The translations under genes were made by a program, and so were the position numbers. Below the pieces are notes generated by a model, which saw only the letters and a list, made by a program, of their open reading frames with translations, was not told the DNA's origin and did no database searches. DNA of 64,000 bases from an uncultured virus (IMG/VR IMGVR_UViG_3300048609_000040). Lineage: Duplodnaviria > Heunggongvirae > Uroviricota > Caudoviricetes. Position 1 is the stretch's first letter, and each line of letters opens with the position of its first letter. The stretch lies in the IMG/VR virus record IMGVR_UViG_3300048609_000040; one strand, 5' to 3'. Below are positions 1 to 9,768 of the stretch, piece by piece.

Positions 1-2
1 GC

Positions 3-152
3 CTTACGCGGCACCCGATCGAAGTCGTCGGTGAAACACCGAAGAGGTATCGCGTTCGTCATCTCGATGCTGCGTTTCGCGGAAACCGAGGGTGGAAAGT
101 TGGTGATGTTCGCCTCGTGCCACGGTGCGCAGTAAGGTTCGGAAAACGATAA
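3..152 (+). CDS. hypothetical protein, 3' part (truncated by window edge)
   Basis: Open frame LTRHPIEVVGETPKRYRV...FGKR* ending at TAA 150-152. Confidence 0.55.
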   Translation, partial: LTRHPIEVVGETPKRYRVRHLDAAFRGNRGWKVGDVRLVPRCAVRFGKR

Positions 153-170
153 ATCGAAGAAGAACATTTC

Positions 171-506
171 ATGGAACACGAGCAATCTGATTGTCCACAT
201 ACTATCTGCTTCATTTGCGACACTGATGTCGTGCAGATTATGCCAGCACCCGACTACCGTGTCTGGTGGCTTAACGACGAAGATCAAGTGTGGAGCGAAC
301 CGTTACTGGCTTGGGGGCTGACACGGGGCGGTGACGTAGTACCATTACAAAACGACGTAAACGGCAGCGTTGAGACGCTAAACGCCCGCGGAACGTTTCC
401 ACAACTTGTAGCAGTACAACATGTCAGTCTAGGCACACCGTCAGGAACAGTCGTCGAAGAGGCCATTACACGTTGCGGGGCTTGGAGATCGGAGTGGCCA
501 CGTTGA
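171..506 (+). CDS. hypothetical protein
   Basis: 111 aa ORF in co-oriented gene chain. Confidence 0.65.
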   Translation: MEHEQSDCPHTICFICDTDVVQIMPAPDYRVWWLNDEDQVWSEPLLAWGLTRGGDVVPLQNDVNGSVETLNARGTFPQLVAVQHVSLGTPSGTVVEEAITRCGAWRSEWPR

Positions 507-561
507 AATGCTAATTGGAATGGTAGAGGACACGCTTCCCTGAAACTGCTATGTTCGACGT

Positions 562-990
562 ATGCAGATAACTGTTGGTGAGCTACGTTTCGACCTTCGC
601 GAGAAGGCTGGCTATGCTGTCGCCGTTCCCATGACCTGGAAGACGGCAGGAGAGTTCAAGCGGCTTCAGCGGATCATCAATAACGTGGCCGGCAAGCAGC
701 CTACTTGGAAGGCGGTAACTGTCGACGGTCAAATCGGTCCCGCCACTGCTCGTACTGCTTTTGAGATGGTAAGACATTTTGTAGGCGTAGAGAAATCTGT
801 CCCTGCATGGGACATGACGACCCCTGAACAGGTAGAATGGGTGGCTAAGAACGTCTTGAGTGTAGCCGCTACACTTGCTCGTATAGCCGGTGACGAGCTT
901 GATGATTACAGCAACAGTAACGCACCAGCGTGGCTTCTTGTTGTGTCGCCGGTCGTTTGGGGTTGGTACGGCAGACGCGCATTGATGTAG
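562..990 (+). CDS. peptidoglycan-binding-like protein with C-terminal membrane anchor
   Basis: VTVDGQIGPAT resembles the PG_binding_1 DG-x-x-G-x-x-T motif; hydrophobic C-terminus followed by RR; TATGTT 6 nt upstream of ATG. Confidence 0.55.
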   Translation: MQITVGELRFDLREKAGYAVAVPMTWKTAGEFKRLQRIINNVAGKQPTWKAVTVDGQIGPATARTAFEMVRHFVGVEKSVPAWDMTTPEQVEWVAKNVLSVAATLARIAGDELDDYSNSNAPAWLLVVSPVVWGWYGRRALM

Positions 991-1199
991 GACGACAATG
1001 TCAAAGTCTGCGTGGCGTGTGTGGTCGATGATGTGTGATAGAACCTGGATAGTGGCAAGCTTTGCGTACTCGAAGAAAGATGTTGCAGACGCCCACTGCG
1101 CCAAACTCCCAGTCGGGTACAATTTTCTGAAGCACGAGGTCCGAGAAGAACTGCCAGGACCCGAAGTTCTCGTTCTTGATACCATCACTTGAGGATTTT

Positions 1200-1574
1200 A
1201 TGGGTGCAGGAACGTATTACGCAGTCGTGTACGGCTGTCCTGATGTTACAGATGGTAACGCGGACAAGTTACACGACGATAATGTTGCTTACGCATTGCA
1301 CAGAGTCCTCAAGGATCTAGACATCGCGACAAGTTATGAGAACGGGATGCAGTATGCGGGTATTGTCTTGAGTACAACGTTGGAACATCATCGTTATCAG
1401 CTCCCTGACGGACCTATGAGCATCGACGCGCTGCCCACAGCAATCCGTGCGGGCATTCAGCCTGAGAGGCTTGCTGCTGCGGAGAAGACCTGGGAGAAGG
1501 CACGCAAAGCCGCTGCCGAGGTTGGGTTGACGCTGCCCGAAGGTGAGTTGCTCTGGCTCGCAGATCATGATTGA
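1200..1574 (+). CDS. hypothetical protein
   Basis: ORF with GAGGA upstream of ATG 1200. Confidence 0.65.
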   Translation: MGAGTYYAVVYGCPDVTDGNADKLHDDNVAYALHRVLKDLDIATSYENGMQYAGIVLSTTLEHHRYQLPDGPMSIDALPTAIRAGIQPERLAAAEKTWEKARKAAAEVGLTLPEGELLWLADHD

Positions 1575-1583
1575 CCGCTAGCT

Positions 1584-2276
1584 ATGAACTCCGTGAAGAC
1601 TACGACTGTGACGCGTCAGATTGGTTCGCTGAGCATGTTGTCCCGCCGATTGTTTACGTTGGACTGCATCCAAGAACAGCTACTACTTTTCTGGAATCCG
1701 ATTTACCCACGGGATAATCGTCCACACCTGTTGGCGTCTGCTGCAGCTGAGTATCTCTTGAGCAACAAGGAACGGGTGAATCTAGAACGCGGTTACTATT
1801 GGGCCGACCTACCATCGGCAACCCTACTTCGTGCCGCTGAGGCAGAAGCTTTGGCTAGTAGGGCTATTGCCTCTCGCAATCGACTTTGGGGCATTGACGA
1901 CGGGCTAAGCGCTGAAGAGTTGCTGACAGCGCTGCAACCCGAGTTGGCCTTTCGTGCCGTTGCTGCAGTTACAGATTTTGCTGAATACGTGGATGTTGTG
2001 GCGTGTGCTGAACGAGCCCTCTACCAAGCAGAAAAAGAGGCTCAGGTGCTAGTTTCACAAACAGCATATAATGCATTTCTTCGGGGGCCTCCTGGTACTA
2101 AGGTGTTTGAAGATTACGAAATCATCGATCGAGGTACTCGTGTAATGAAACGACGTTCTGTTGATGCGGGTGAATTAGCCTACAGGCAGGTTACAGCAAA
2201 GGTACATGTGTGGCTGCTTAATAAGCTAGACAACTATCACAACGAAGACACATGTCATGAAAAAAGAACTCATTGA
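1584..2276 (+). CDS. hypothetical protein
   Basis: 230 aa ORF in gene chain. Confidence 0.7.
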   Translation: MNSVKTTTVTRQIGSLSMLSRRLFTLDCIQEQLLLFWNPIYPRDNRPHLLASAAAEYLLSNKERVNLERGYYWADLPSATLLRAAEAEALASRAIASRNRLWGIDDGLSAEELLTALQPELAFRAVAAVTDFAEYVDVVACAERALYQAEKEAQVLVSQTAYNAFLRGPPGTKVFEDYEIIDRGTRVMKRRSVDAGELAYRQVTAKVHVWLLNKLDNYHNEDTCHEKRTH

Positions 2277-2913
2277 TCCTGTTCTGGACGGGTACACAAC
2301 AATCATTCGCGACCTGCTCAACAACACAGACAACAGGTTTCGATTCGATCAAATTGGTCGCATCGCGAGAATGGCGCACGAACTATCTCAAACGATCTCT
2401 ACTCGGGTCTCAGAGTTTGAAGACCCTGAGATGGAAGGGATACCAGGCGTCCTGCATGTTGGTAGAGCACGTGGTATGACCGCAACAGACGAAATCATGC
2501 GAGAGATCATCAGCGTGTTCCAGCCGCTTGCGGCCACCTACATACAACGTGAACAGCTCAACACACAGCACGCACAAGAAGAGCGACAAGAGGAGCGTCT
2601 TGCGCGACAAGAAGAACGTCTTGACGGGCTGTTCGCCATACGAGCCCAACTAGAGGCGATCGGGCAACCCACCGACGCAATCGACCAACGTATCAACCAA
2701 CTCAACGCAGTCATAGCAGGAGAAAACGATGTTGATTCCTGTGTGGTACATCCCAAGCTTCTACGGCGATATCAAGTTGGAGACGATCAACCAGCGTTGC
2801 AGAGTGATTACGGAGAACCTGACGGTGCGGGAGTTGGAGGCGCTCAAGAAGCTGCAACAGACGGCGATTGCCAAGGGCTGGTTGGACAAGAAGACGAAGC
2901 CAGGATGGGCTAA
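2257..2913 (+). CDS. hypothetical coiled-coil protein
   Basis: 218 aa ORF with QEERQEERLARQEERL; 3' end overlaps next gene by about 185 nt. Confidence 0.65.
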   Translation: MKKELIDPVLDGYTTIIRDLLNNTDNRFRFDQIGRIARMAHELSQTISTRVSEFEDPEMEGIPGVLHVGRARGMTATDEIMREIISVFQPLAATYIQREQLNTQHAQEERQEERLARQEERLDGLFAIRAQLEAIGQPTDAIDQRINQLNAVIAGENDVDSCVVHPKLLRRYQVGDDQPALQSDYGEPDGAGVGGAQEAATDGDCQGLVGQEDEARMG

Positions 2914-3586
2914 TCCTACTGTTGCGGGAACGACTCTACTGGCCGCTCCCATCGACAAGGTAGCAGGAACTCTGAGCCGTCTTCTGAAGCCAGACAAGAA
3001 AATCGTCTCAGCTGTGAAGTTCGCTGACGGCTCGATCGAAGAGATCCGTACAGCAGGCTTCGAGGATGCGGCGGAGCCGGCAAAAGAAGCAACAAACGGT
3101 GACGATCCGTATCGTACAGCCCAGACCAGTTTGGTCAAGGCGCCCAAGGCCGCAACCAGCGTAGCTGCACCGGTTCGTGGTTGCCCCGTACCGGATTTCG
3201 CGACCGCTGAGATCAAGGCACGGCGTGTTCTAGCCGCGTTCTTGGATCCTGATCAACTAGCCGATTTCCAACGGTACAATCGCTTCGTCTCGATTGGACA
3301 GGCGACAGGTCATCGCTACATGGTGACCAGTCGACACGCCAATGATGAGTTGGCGCTGCGACGAACAGTGCTTTACGACCTCGACGATAAGTCTTCGATG
3401 TGCACGCACGACTGGCTAGTGCCAGCTGCCGAAGAGCTGTTAGCACTACACGTCTTCTTGCAGATCCCAGACGGTGAACGGTTCCTGCGGTTGCCTGCCA
3501 TCAATGTCGAGGAGGTGATCTACGAAGCACTGCACGAAAGTGAGCGCGCAGCTGTGAACCAACTCCTCGTGGAAAGCGGCAACTGA
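2729..3586 (+). CDS. hypothetical protein
   Basis: 285 aa ORF with strong AGGAGA RBS. Confidence 0.75.
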   Translation: MLIPVWYIPSFYGDIKLETINQRCRVITENLTVRELEALKKLQQTAIAKGWLDKKTKPGWANPTVAGTTLLAAPIDKVAGTLSRLLKPDKKIVSAVKFADGSIEEIRTAGFEDAAEPAKEATNGDDPYRTAQTSLVKAPKAATSVAAPVRGCPVPDFATAEIKARRVLAAFLDPDQLADFQRYNRFVSIGQATGHRYMVTSRHANDELALRRTVLYDLDDKSSMCTHDWLVPAAEELLALHVFLQIPDGERFLRLPAINVEEVIYEALHESERAAVNQLLVESGN

Positions 3587-3636
3587 AAGGCACCTGACGA
3601 GTAAATTGTTGTTCCCATACACATAGAAAGCAAGAC

Positions 3637-4722
3637 ATGACGAGGCATCAAGATAGTGAAAACCGGTTTTGTCATTGGTTAAATCAAGGTTACGTACCAA
3701 CAGCAAACCTTGATGGTCGCTCCCAGTGGGGACCGGTTCGCAATCTACGTCGTCTGCCCGTTCGGCCAATACCAGCCGCTCCACACGACACAGAAAGTCT
3801 GATTGAGTTAGAACGTTTATACAAGATAGTTGCCACACGCGCGTTTTACAACCCGCCAAAGTTGAATGATTATTCGTACTATGTGACGTTGATCCCTGGT
3901 CCCGTTGTTGATTGGTTCTCACGTCACGCATTGTCAGAGATACACGAGCAGGTTGCGCTTTACGCCGCGCTCTTGATTGTATTCGACTGGAGGTGTAACC
4001 GGCGCGCTGTCTTTCGCGACACTTGCCGTGTCTACCATGAAGCGATCAATAGGAACCTCGAAGATATACGACTAGCTTATCCAAAGCTACGCTTCTCGGG
4101 TGAGGTAAAAGATGCCGAAGACGATGCGGTTTTTGAGGTTGTGTATGCTGCAGAGGTGCCGTGCTCGGATGAGCCTAATCAACGTTGGCCGTGCCGTATT
4201 CGTACCAACTCACCTGATGATTCCTACTGTACAGCTCACGAAGAACTATGTCGCCAAGTCCGGTGGGAAAGAGTTGTTACACGTCGTTGGTGGCATCGTG
4301 ATGCGGCAAATGCTTCATATGACGACGAAACAGAAGAGGCAGCTCAGGACCAAGATCTCCTCGCCAAAATGGCACCCAAACTACCGCCGTGGCACGCGCC
4401 TAGGCTACACACAATATCACTCGACGATGTGAAACTAGTACAACCTGATCCAACACCGACACCGCCTAGCTACTGGGATCTTTATTCCACGCTCTCTATG
4501 CCCTGGCAACGACCTGATGAGCACACAGGGGTTGACGACTTCGGAGTGGTTGGCTATGGACTATTCGATCGGGACGAAGAATACATCGATACCACACTAG
4601 CTGGCGACGACTCTAATTATCCCAAAGACGACAACTTGGATAGGGCAGAATCGTGCCCGGACGCGTTCGAGTATCTACTACACGCACGGCATGCGAAGAA
4701 TGCTTGGGCCACACATCAGTAG
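3637..4722 (+). CDS. hypothetical protein
   Basis: 361 aa ORF, acidic C-terminus. Confidence 0.7.
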   Translation: MTRHQDSENRFCHWLNQGYVPTANLDGRSQWGPVRNLRRLPVRPIPAAPHDTESLIELERLYKIVATRAFYNPPKLNDYSYYVTLIPGPVVDWFSRHALSEIHEQVALYAALLIVFDWRCNRRAVFRDTCRVYHEAINRNLEDIRLAYPKLRFSGEVKDAEDDAVFEVVYAAEVPCSDEPNQRWPCRIRTNSPDDSYCTAHEELCRQVRWERVVTRRWWHRDAANASYDDETEEAAQDQDLLAKMAPKLPPWHAPRLHTISLDDVKLVQPDPTPTPPSYWDLYSTLSMPWQRPDEHTGVDDFGVVGYGLFDRDEEYIDTTLAGDDSNYPKDDNLDRAESCPDAFEYLLHARHAKNAWATHQ

Positions 4723-4854
4723 AATCTAAGGTCGTATCATGCGCGAGGACTCGCAGGGCGAGAAGGTATCCATTAGGCGAGTTAGGCTATTGGACAAGTG
4801 TTTGAGCTGTCGGTATTACCTTATATGTGCAAGACGTAGGGCAGGAGATGCGAA

Positions 4855-5256
4855 ATGACCTTGTTCGTTGTTGCTGCAGTTGGTGCAGCGCTCATCTGGG
4901 CTTTGCTCATTCTCGATTGTTGGCTGCACTGGATTGCAGTCGGGCGTCGTCAAGGACGATCGCTCAGTCCGACAAGTTGGTGGGCGATCCTTACAATGCC
5001 TATTTGGACAGTCCAATGTAGCCGTGCGGTTGAACGCGATCGGCGTGCTCGACAACAAGCAGTCAAACAACGCATCGAAGAGTTGAAACAACACCTCGCA
5101 AAACTGTGTGAACTGGAACGTGCTGTGCCACCTAACGCGCCACCTGAGATGCTCACCGAGTTGCGTCGCGGGATCGCCTCTATTGAGGACTTGCTGAATA
5201 GATATCGTGGTCATGAGGAGTGGGGCTACACCTTCCGAAGACGAGAAGACACGTGA
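4855..5256 (+). CDS. hypothetical membrane protein
   Basis: AGGAG RBS; N-terminal hydrophobic segments followed by coiled coil. Confidence 0.65.
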   Translation: MTLFVVAAVGAALIWALLILDCWLHWIAVGRRQGRSLSPTSWWAILTMPIWTVQCSRAVERDRRARQQAVKQRIEELKQHLAKLCELERAVPPNAPPEMLTELRRGIASIEDLLNRYRGHEEWGYTFRRREDT

Positions 5257-5837
5257 ATCACTCATTTGATGACATCCGAAGCCGCATTACCGAACCACCG
5301 ACGTGGTGGGACTCGAACGGTACGCCGCGATGGGGCGTGTTCGAGCCCAAACAGTGCCCAAGCATCTACGCCAAGGAGGTGGTGTTGGTGGAGGTCCAGT
5401 GCCAGTCCTGCGCGCAAAGCTTTCACGTTGAAATGCATACCGATTTGACTGATTTGTACTGCGCTAACACAACGTTAGCGGATCGGATCAGGAACAAGAT
5501 CGTTCACTACGGAGATCCGCCGTTTCACTGTGATCCGTCAGACCCCTCCTACGGGTGTACGGGTAACAGTATGAACGTCTATGACGTACGCGTACTGGAA
5601 TACTGGGGCCGTCAAGGGCGTGAGTGGGTACGCAACCGAGATCTTGAAATCGAGATAGAGGGTTCACCGCCGCCTGCATCGCTGGCTGACTACTTCGACG
5701 AGAACGCTTGGGTCTCGTTTTTTGCTCCAAATCGCGACAGTGACATACCGCCCAAGCGTGGGCCAGGGACGTGCGCGGAGTGTGGCGTGCCGTTGAGGGG
5801 AGTGTTGATGCACCTGCGAGACTCTAGAGGCTCTTAA
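5253..5837 (+). CDS. hypothetical Cys-containing protein
   Basis: GTG start overlapping previous stop; CQSC and CAEC motifs. Confidence 0.65.
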   Translation: MNHSFDDIRSRITEPPTWWDSNGTPRWGVFEPKQCPSIYAKEVVLVEVQCQSCAQSFHVEMHTDLTDLYCANTTLADRIRNKIVHYGDPPFHCDPSDPSYGCTGNSMNVYDVRVLEYWGRQGREWVRNRDLEIEIEGSPPPASLADYFDENAWVSFFAPNRDSDIPPKRGPGTCAECGVPLRGVLMHLRDSRGS

Positions 5838-6124
5838 CAAGTCGTCTGTTCACGATTGCCCCACGCTTGAGGTTTGCGGTGAGCCAGGAATGCTGTGCAC
5901 GGGCTGCATCTCTGCAAGAGATTTGACGACTCTTGGGTTGAGCCTTCCAAACGCTTTGACTGGGAGACAACGGCCTGCCTGTGCTTGTTTGGCGGTAAAG
6001 ACTGAGTTGCTCAGTCATCGAGGGCAATGCTCTCATGGCTGTCTTTACTGTTATTGGAAGTAATGGTGTCTTCAAGCTGTTATGTTGCACTTGTCATACC
6101 GACATGTTAAAAGCGGCGTGCAGG

Positions 6125-6178
6125 TGCAGAGGGTCGTACATGCAGAGGGTCGTACATGCAGATGCAGATGGTCGTACA
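6125..6178. repeat. tandem 16-bp repeat TGCAGAGGGTCGTACA (2 exact copies, 1 partial, 1 variant)
   Basis: Units at 6125-6140, 6141-6156, 6157-6162 (partial) and 6163-6178. Confidence 0.9.
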
Positions 6179-6237
6179 GCAACAGCTGCACGAACATAGG
6201 CATAAAGTATGATATTTAGCTAAAGGATTGAAGACGT

Positions 6238-7320
6238 ATGTCTAAATCATCAAACGGTCCCGTGAGTAAATTCAGCCGCACAAATGTGCTAACCGTCCAG
6301 TTGCCCCCACCCGATTATGCTACGAAACAGTTTTTGGCGCAGGATTTCTCCTCGCCGCGAGCTTACGTCGCAACACTTACGCCCGCGCTAGCTGGTACCA
6401 TTTACCACTTTTTCAATAAAAGGAATCGAGGAATCAGCCTATCTACGGAAGCCGCGTACGAGCAGGACATGAGCACAGGGGATTGGATTGGTCCCACCGT
6501 CGACGCGATAGGATTTGCGTTCCTTACTGGTCAGGATCTGAACGCGCGCGGCGAACTCGACGATACACCAGGTATCGCGTTAGACAATCGTGGGCACATT
6601 CTCTACGATTTCTCGGGAAACATGATATTGGCAGACAAAGGATGTCGCGTGGCATTCATTAATGGCCAAACCCGATGTGCGGCAGCCACACGATCTGGTA
6701 CTAGCCACGAGGTGGTTTTTGCCGTTGGTTTACCGTTAGCCGCACGTGGTATCGCCGATAGCGGAAAAGGCAGAAGCACCCACGAGCAGATGCAACTAGA
6801 TGGCCTGCCTGACGCAAAACGATCAGACGACGTTGTTCGTGCTATCGACTATCTCTTGAAGAGGAAGAAGCAACGGTTCAGCTTGCCGCAAATCAGGACA
6901 TACCTCCGTGAGTGGAATAACGAGATCTCGTGGGTACAAAAAAACGTTCCTGTTGATCGGTTATATGGAAATCGTGAAATCGCCGCTGCATTTGCCTTTG
7001 CGTGGCGGGCAGTACGTAATGACCCAGTAGCACAAGCCCGTATTACACAAGCTGTAAAAGATCTGTATTCCGGCGTCGGGCTAGCTGACGACTCGGCAAT
7101 ACGGGCCTTCCGCGACTATTGCAACAACCGCATGTCATTCGTAAGCAAGCGGCGTCAACCGACCTACCTCTTGACACTGCGGGCGCTAAACGCTATTGCA
7201 TATGAGATTCGAGGAGAGTCCCTAGAGCAAGCAAAACGTAGAGGTGTGTTTCCTGATCACGAAGGAGGTTACGACTACTTCTTTGAGCTGATGACAGAAC
7301 CTGATGAAGACGAGGCATAG
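6238..7320 (+). CDS. phage protein with ParB/DGQHR-like N-terminal domain
   Basis: NR-x-IS...Y..DM..G.W...INGQTR..A...D.G..R pattern of phage ParB-like (DGQHR) proteins; AAGGA RBS. Confidence 0.55.
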   Translation: MSKSSNGPVSKFSRTNVLTVQLPPPDYATKQFLAQDFSSPRAYVATLTPALAGTIYHFFNKRNRGISLSTEAAYEQDMSTGDWIGPTVDAIGFAFLTGQDLNARGELDDTPGIALDNRGHILYDFSGNMILADKGCRVAFINGQTRCAAATRSGTSHEVVFAVGLPLAARGIADSGKGRSTHEQMQLDGLPDAKRSDDVVRAIDYLLKRKKQRFSLPQIRTYLREWNNEISWVQKNVPVDRLYGNREIAAAFAFAWRAVRNDPVAQARITQAVKDLYSGVGLADDSAIRAFRDYCNNRMSFVSKRRQPTYLLTLRALNAIAYEIRGESLEQAKRRGVFPDHEGGYDYFFELMTEPDEDEA

Positions 7321-7335
7321 TCAATTGAGGACATC

Positions 7336-8118
7336 GTGAAAAAGAAGCATGCTAATAGTTTGATTACTGTAAACGGCAAAACACAGTCTATTCAGGAGTG
7401 GGCGAAGGAAAACAACCTTCGTGTCAGTTTGATCCTAGATAGGATAAATGAGTTGGGTTGGACGTCCCAGAGAGCGGTAACCACACTAATGGCGAAATCT
7501 TGGGACGGTAACGAAGAACGCCAGACAAATCCACAGGCGCTTGGTGCACTACGTGCACTTATGGATCAGAGCAGTAATAGTAGAGGAGTCAAGAGCAGTA
7601 AAGGCATTCTTGACGCATACGAGGTGCTTTATGTTCATGGCCCTATGACACGTAGTGAATTGAATCAACGTGGTCAAGAGCTAAAAGTTGCACGTGCTGA
7701 TATTCTACACACTAACACGATCGTCCTAGAGCATTTCGGATTGATCCATGTTGTTGGACGTAGAAAATGTACTATCACCAACACACTCTGCAACGTAATA
7801 GACGTGACCAACGCAGTGCCTGTTGTAAAGCCTACATGGAACGACTACAACAAAAACAGGGTGGCTAAACGAGAATCACACAGGAGCGTACGCAGGGAAG
7901 GCAGACCTTCGTTACCGCCGCGCAAGGATGGTACCCCATATGACGTGACCTGGTTACGAACTGCTGCGTGTGAATTCGTACGTATTTTGGGCATCATGGA
8001 TCGCACCGGACAACACTACTCGTCGGCCTGTCGCAAAGCAGTCGCGTTTTTGACAGGCGAAGCTAATCGTTGTGGTGGGTTGTCGGACGCGGCTGTTGAA
8101 CGTCCAGATGATGATTGA
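7336..8118 (+). CDS. putative DNA-binding protein
   Basis: N-terminal ITVNGKTQSIQEWA...I..RI..LGW module like the DNA-binding tails of phage HNH proteins; central wHTH-like segment. Confidence 0.5.
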   Translation: MKKKHANSLITVNGKTQSIQEWAKENNLRVSLILDRINELGWTSQRAVTTLMAKSWDGNEERQTNPQALGALRALMDQSSNSRGVKSSKGILDAYEVLYVHGPMTRSELNQRGQELKVARADILHTNTIVLEHFGLIHVVGRRKCTITNTLCNVIDVTNAVPVVKPTWNDYNKNRVAKRESHRSVRREGRPSLPPRKDGTPYDVTWLRTAACEFVRILGIMDRTGQHYSSACRKAVAFLTGEANRCGGLSDAAVERPDDD

Positions 8119-8314
8119 ATTCGGTGTGACAACAACAACAGTAAGTTGCAAGTTGTTCGTTAATCGCTACACGATCGGCTCGTCGAGCACGTGCTTGATG
8201 TGATTTCTGTGGTGGATGGCAGACACCACAGTCTTGGTGCCCACACACCTTTGTGCCGATCTTTTTGGTACCATGACGTTTCACGATCCACCTCGCTGTG
8301 AGTAGCTAAAATTT

Positions 8315-8752
8315 TCAATCGATGGATTTGGTTTTCTTTCGTTGATGATGATGCCCATGATGATGGCCGCAGTAAGCACGACCGTCAGATCCCGTAAATC
8401 GTCCAGGGAACGAGCATGGTTTTTTCTTAGCCGTCCATGCAGCGCAGAATGGCAACGGTTGAATCTGCGGTGTCGGGCGTGGAGCTGGTGGGTACCCAGT
8501 TGGTCGACGGAAAAGGGGCACAGGCTCGTTCTGGACGGCTTTTTGGTGGCGGTGCCTGCATAGGTAGCAAACCCAGACGACGTCCAGGGGCCTGTTGTAA
8601 TCTCGATGCTGAGCCACCACACGCGTTTTGTCGCCACAAAGCTGGCAAAACGCTGGCCGCATTAGTTTTCCAGCACGAAGTGCTAGTCCCACCTCGATCA
8701 TGGCTCGGTAAGCCTCAGGATGCTCAAGCTGCCAGCGACGTACCCTGTCCAT
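8315..8752 (-). CDS. degenerate HNH-like zinc-binding protein
   Basis: CQLCG...QHRDYNRPLDVVWVCYLC resembles the HHxDYxKPLxVxWLCxxCH phage HNH-like family, with the His residues altered. Confidence 0.5.
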   Translation of the reverse strand: MDRVRRWQLEHPEAYRAMIEVGLALRAGKLMRPAFCQLCGDKTRVVAQHRDYNRPLDVVWVCYLCRHRHQKAVQNEPVPLFRRPTGYPPAPRPTPQIQPLPFCAAWTAKKKPCSFPGRFTGSDGRAYCGHHHGHHHQRKKTKSID

Positions 8753-8848
8753 AGAGGCATCTTAGCGTGATCACACAGGTTTATGCGATCCTATATTGAA
8801 TTATCTGCTAAAACATTGAAATCATTAGGTTTTTAGAAGATATCATTA

Positions 8849-8874
8849 TCAACACTAGCAGGTTCTAGTGTTGA
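8849..8874. other. candidate tyrosine-recombinase core site (10-bp inverted arms, 6-bp spacer)
   Basis: TCAACACTAG-CAGGTT-CTAGTGTTGA, 15 nt upstream of the recombinase start, in an AT-rich intergenic stretch. Confidence 0.55.
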
Positions 8875-8889
8875 GGTTTAGTATGAGGC

Positions 8890-9753
8890 ATGCCATCCGT
8901 ACTTGAGGACGCTGTCCTACGATCCCCACGACTTAGGCTACGTACCAAGGAGCTGTACTGCGAGGGTATCCGAGCGTGGCTTTCGTTTGCTGGTGCAGAT
9001 CCCCGCATGTGGACTGCTGCAAAGGTCGAGGACTTTCGTGACGAGCTGGTTCGACAAGGACAAAAGACGTCGACGATCAATCTGAGGCTCAGAACGCTCT
9101 CCTACGCCGCTCAACGCTGGGCAAAACGAGCCGGTACGCAAAACTTCGCGCTGGGTGTAGAACTGCTCCGAGAAGATAAGCCAGAACGCGCACCATTATC
9201 CGATGAAGAGATGGATCGCCTGACGGCCAGTTGCATTGGTGATCGAATCGTCGATCTCAGAAACTACGCCTTGGTTGTCATGTTTGTGCGGACCGGCGTT
9301 CGCCGAGGCGGGTTGCACAAACTCAACTGCGACGATATTGGATCCGATCGACGTATTCAAGTCATCCTCAAGGGTGGGCGCCCACACAGCTTTATTCTAG
9401 ACGATCAAACCCATGAGGCGCTCCAGGCTTGGTTTGCTTGTCTACACCAACACGGTATTACGTCTGGTGCTGTGTTCCGTCGTGTCCGCAAAAACCGTAT
9501 CGGTGACCGCATGTCCCCATTTCAGATCTGGCACGTAGTCTCCGAAGCGGCAAAACACGCCAAAATTCGCCACGTCTTTCCACACCTTTTGCGTCATACA
9601 TTGGTCACTGTGCTTCGCGAGGATGGTGCTACACCACTAGAGGTTAGCGGGTTGACGGGACAAAGCGAAGAGACCATCATGCGGACATATACACACCATC
9701 GACCGACGCACGCCGTGGCTCTTGCTAACAGGCTGCGCCGCTTGCCTGAGTAA
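8890..9753 (+). CDS. tyrosine recombinase (XerC/D-like)
   Basis: RTGVR, K, HLLRH, GQ (in place of GH) and C-terminal Y catalytic pattern; 287 aa. Confidence 0.9.
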   Translation: MPSVLEDAVLRSPRLRLRTKELYCEGIRAWLSFAGADPRMWTAAKVEDFRDELVRQGQKTSTINLRLRTLSYAAQRWAKRAGTQNFALGVELLREDKPERAPLSDEEMDRLTASCIGDRIVDLRNYALVVMFVRTGVRRGGLHKLNCDDIGSDRRIQVILKGGRPHSFILDDQTHEALQAWFACLHQHGITSGAVFRRVRKNRIGDRMSPFQIWHVVSEAAKHAKIRHVFPHLLRHTLVTVLREDGATPLEVSGLTGQSEETIMRTYTHHRPTHAVALANRLRRLPE

Positions 9754-9768
9754 CCAAGGGTACAATCG

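Noticed and set aside
2729..2913. Programmed frameshift between 2257-2913 and 2729-3586
   Set aside because: The downstream gene has its own strong RBS and ATG, so a simple overlap suffices.
6125..6178. CRISPR array
   Set aside because: Repeats are contiguous with no spacers, and no cas gene was recognised.
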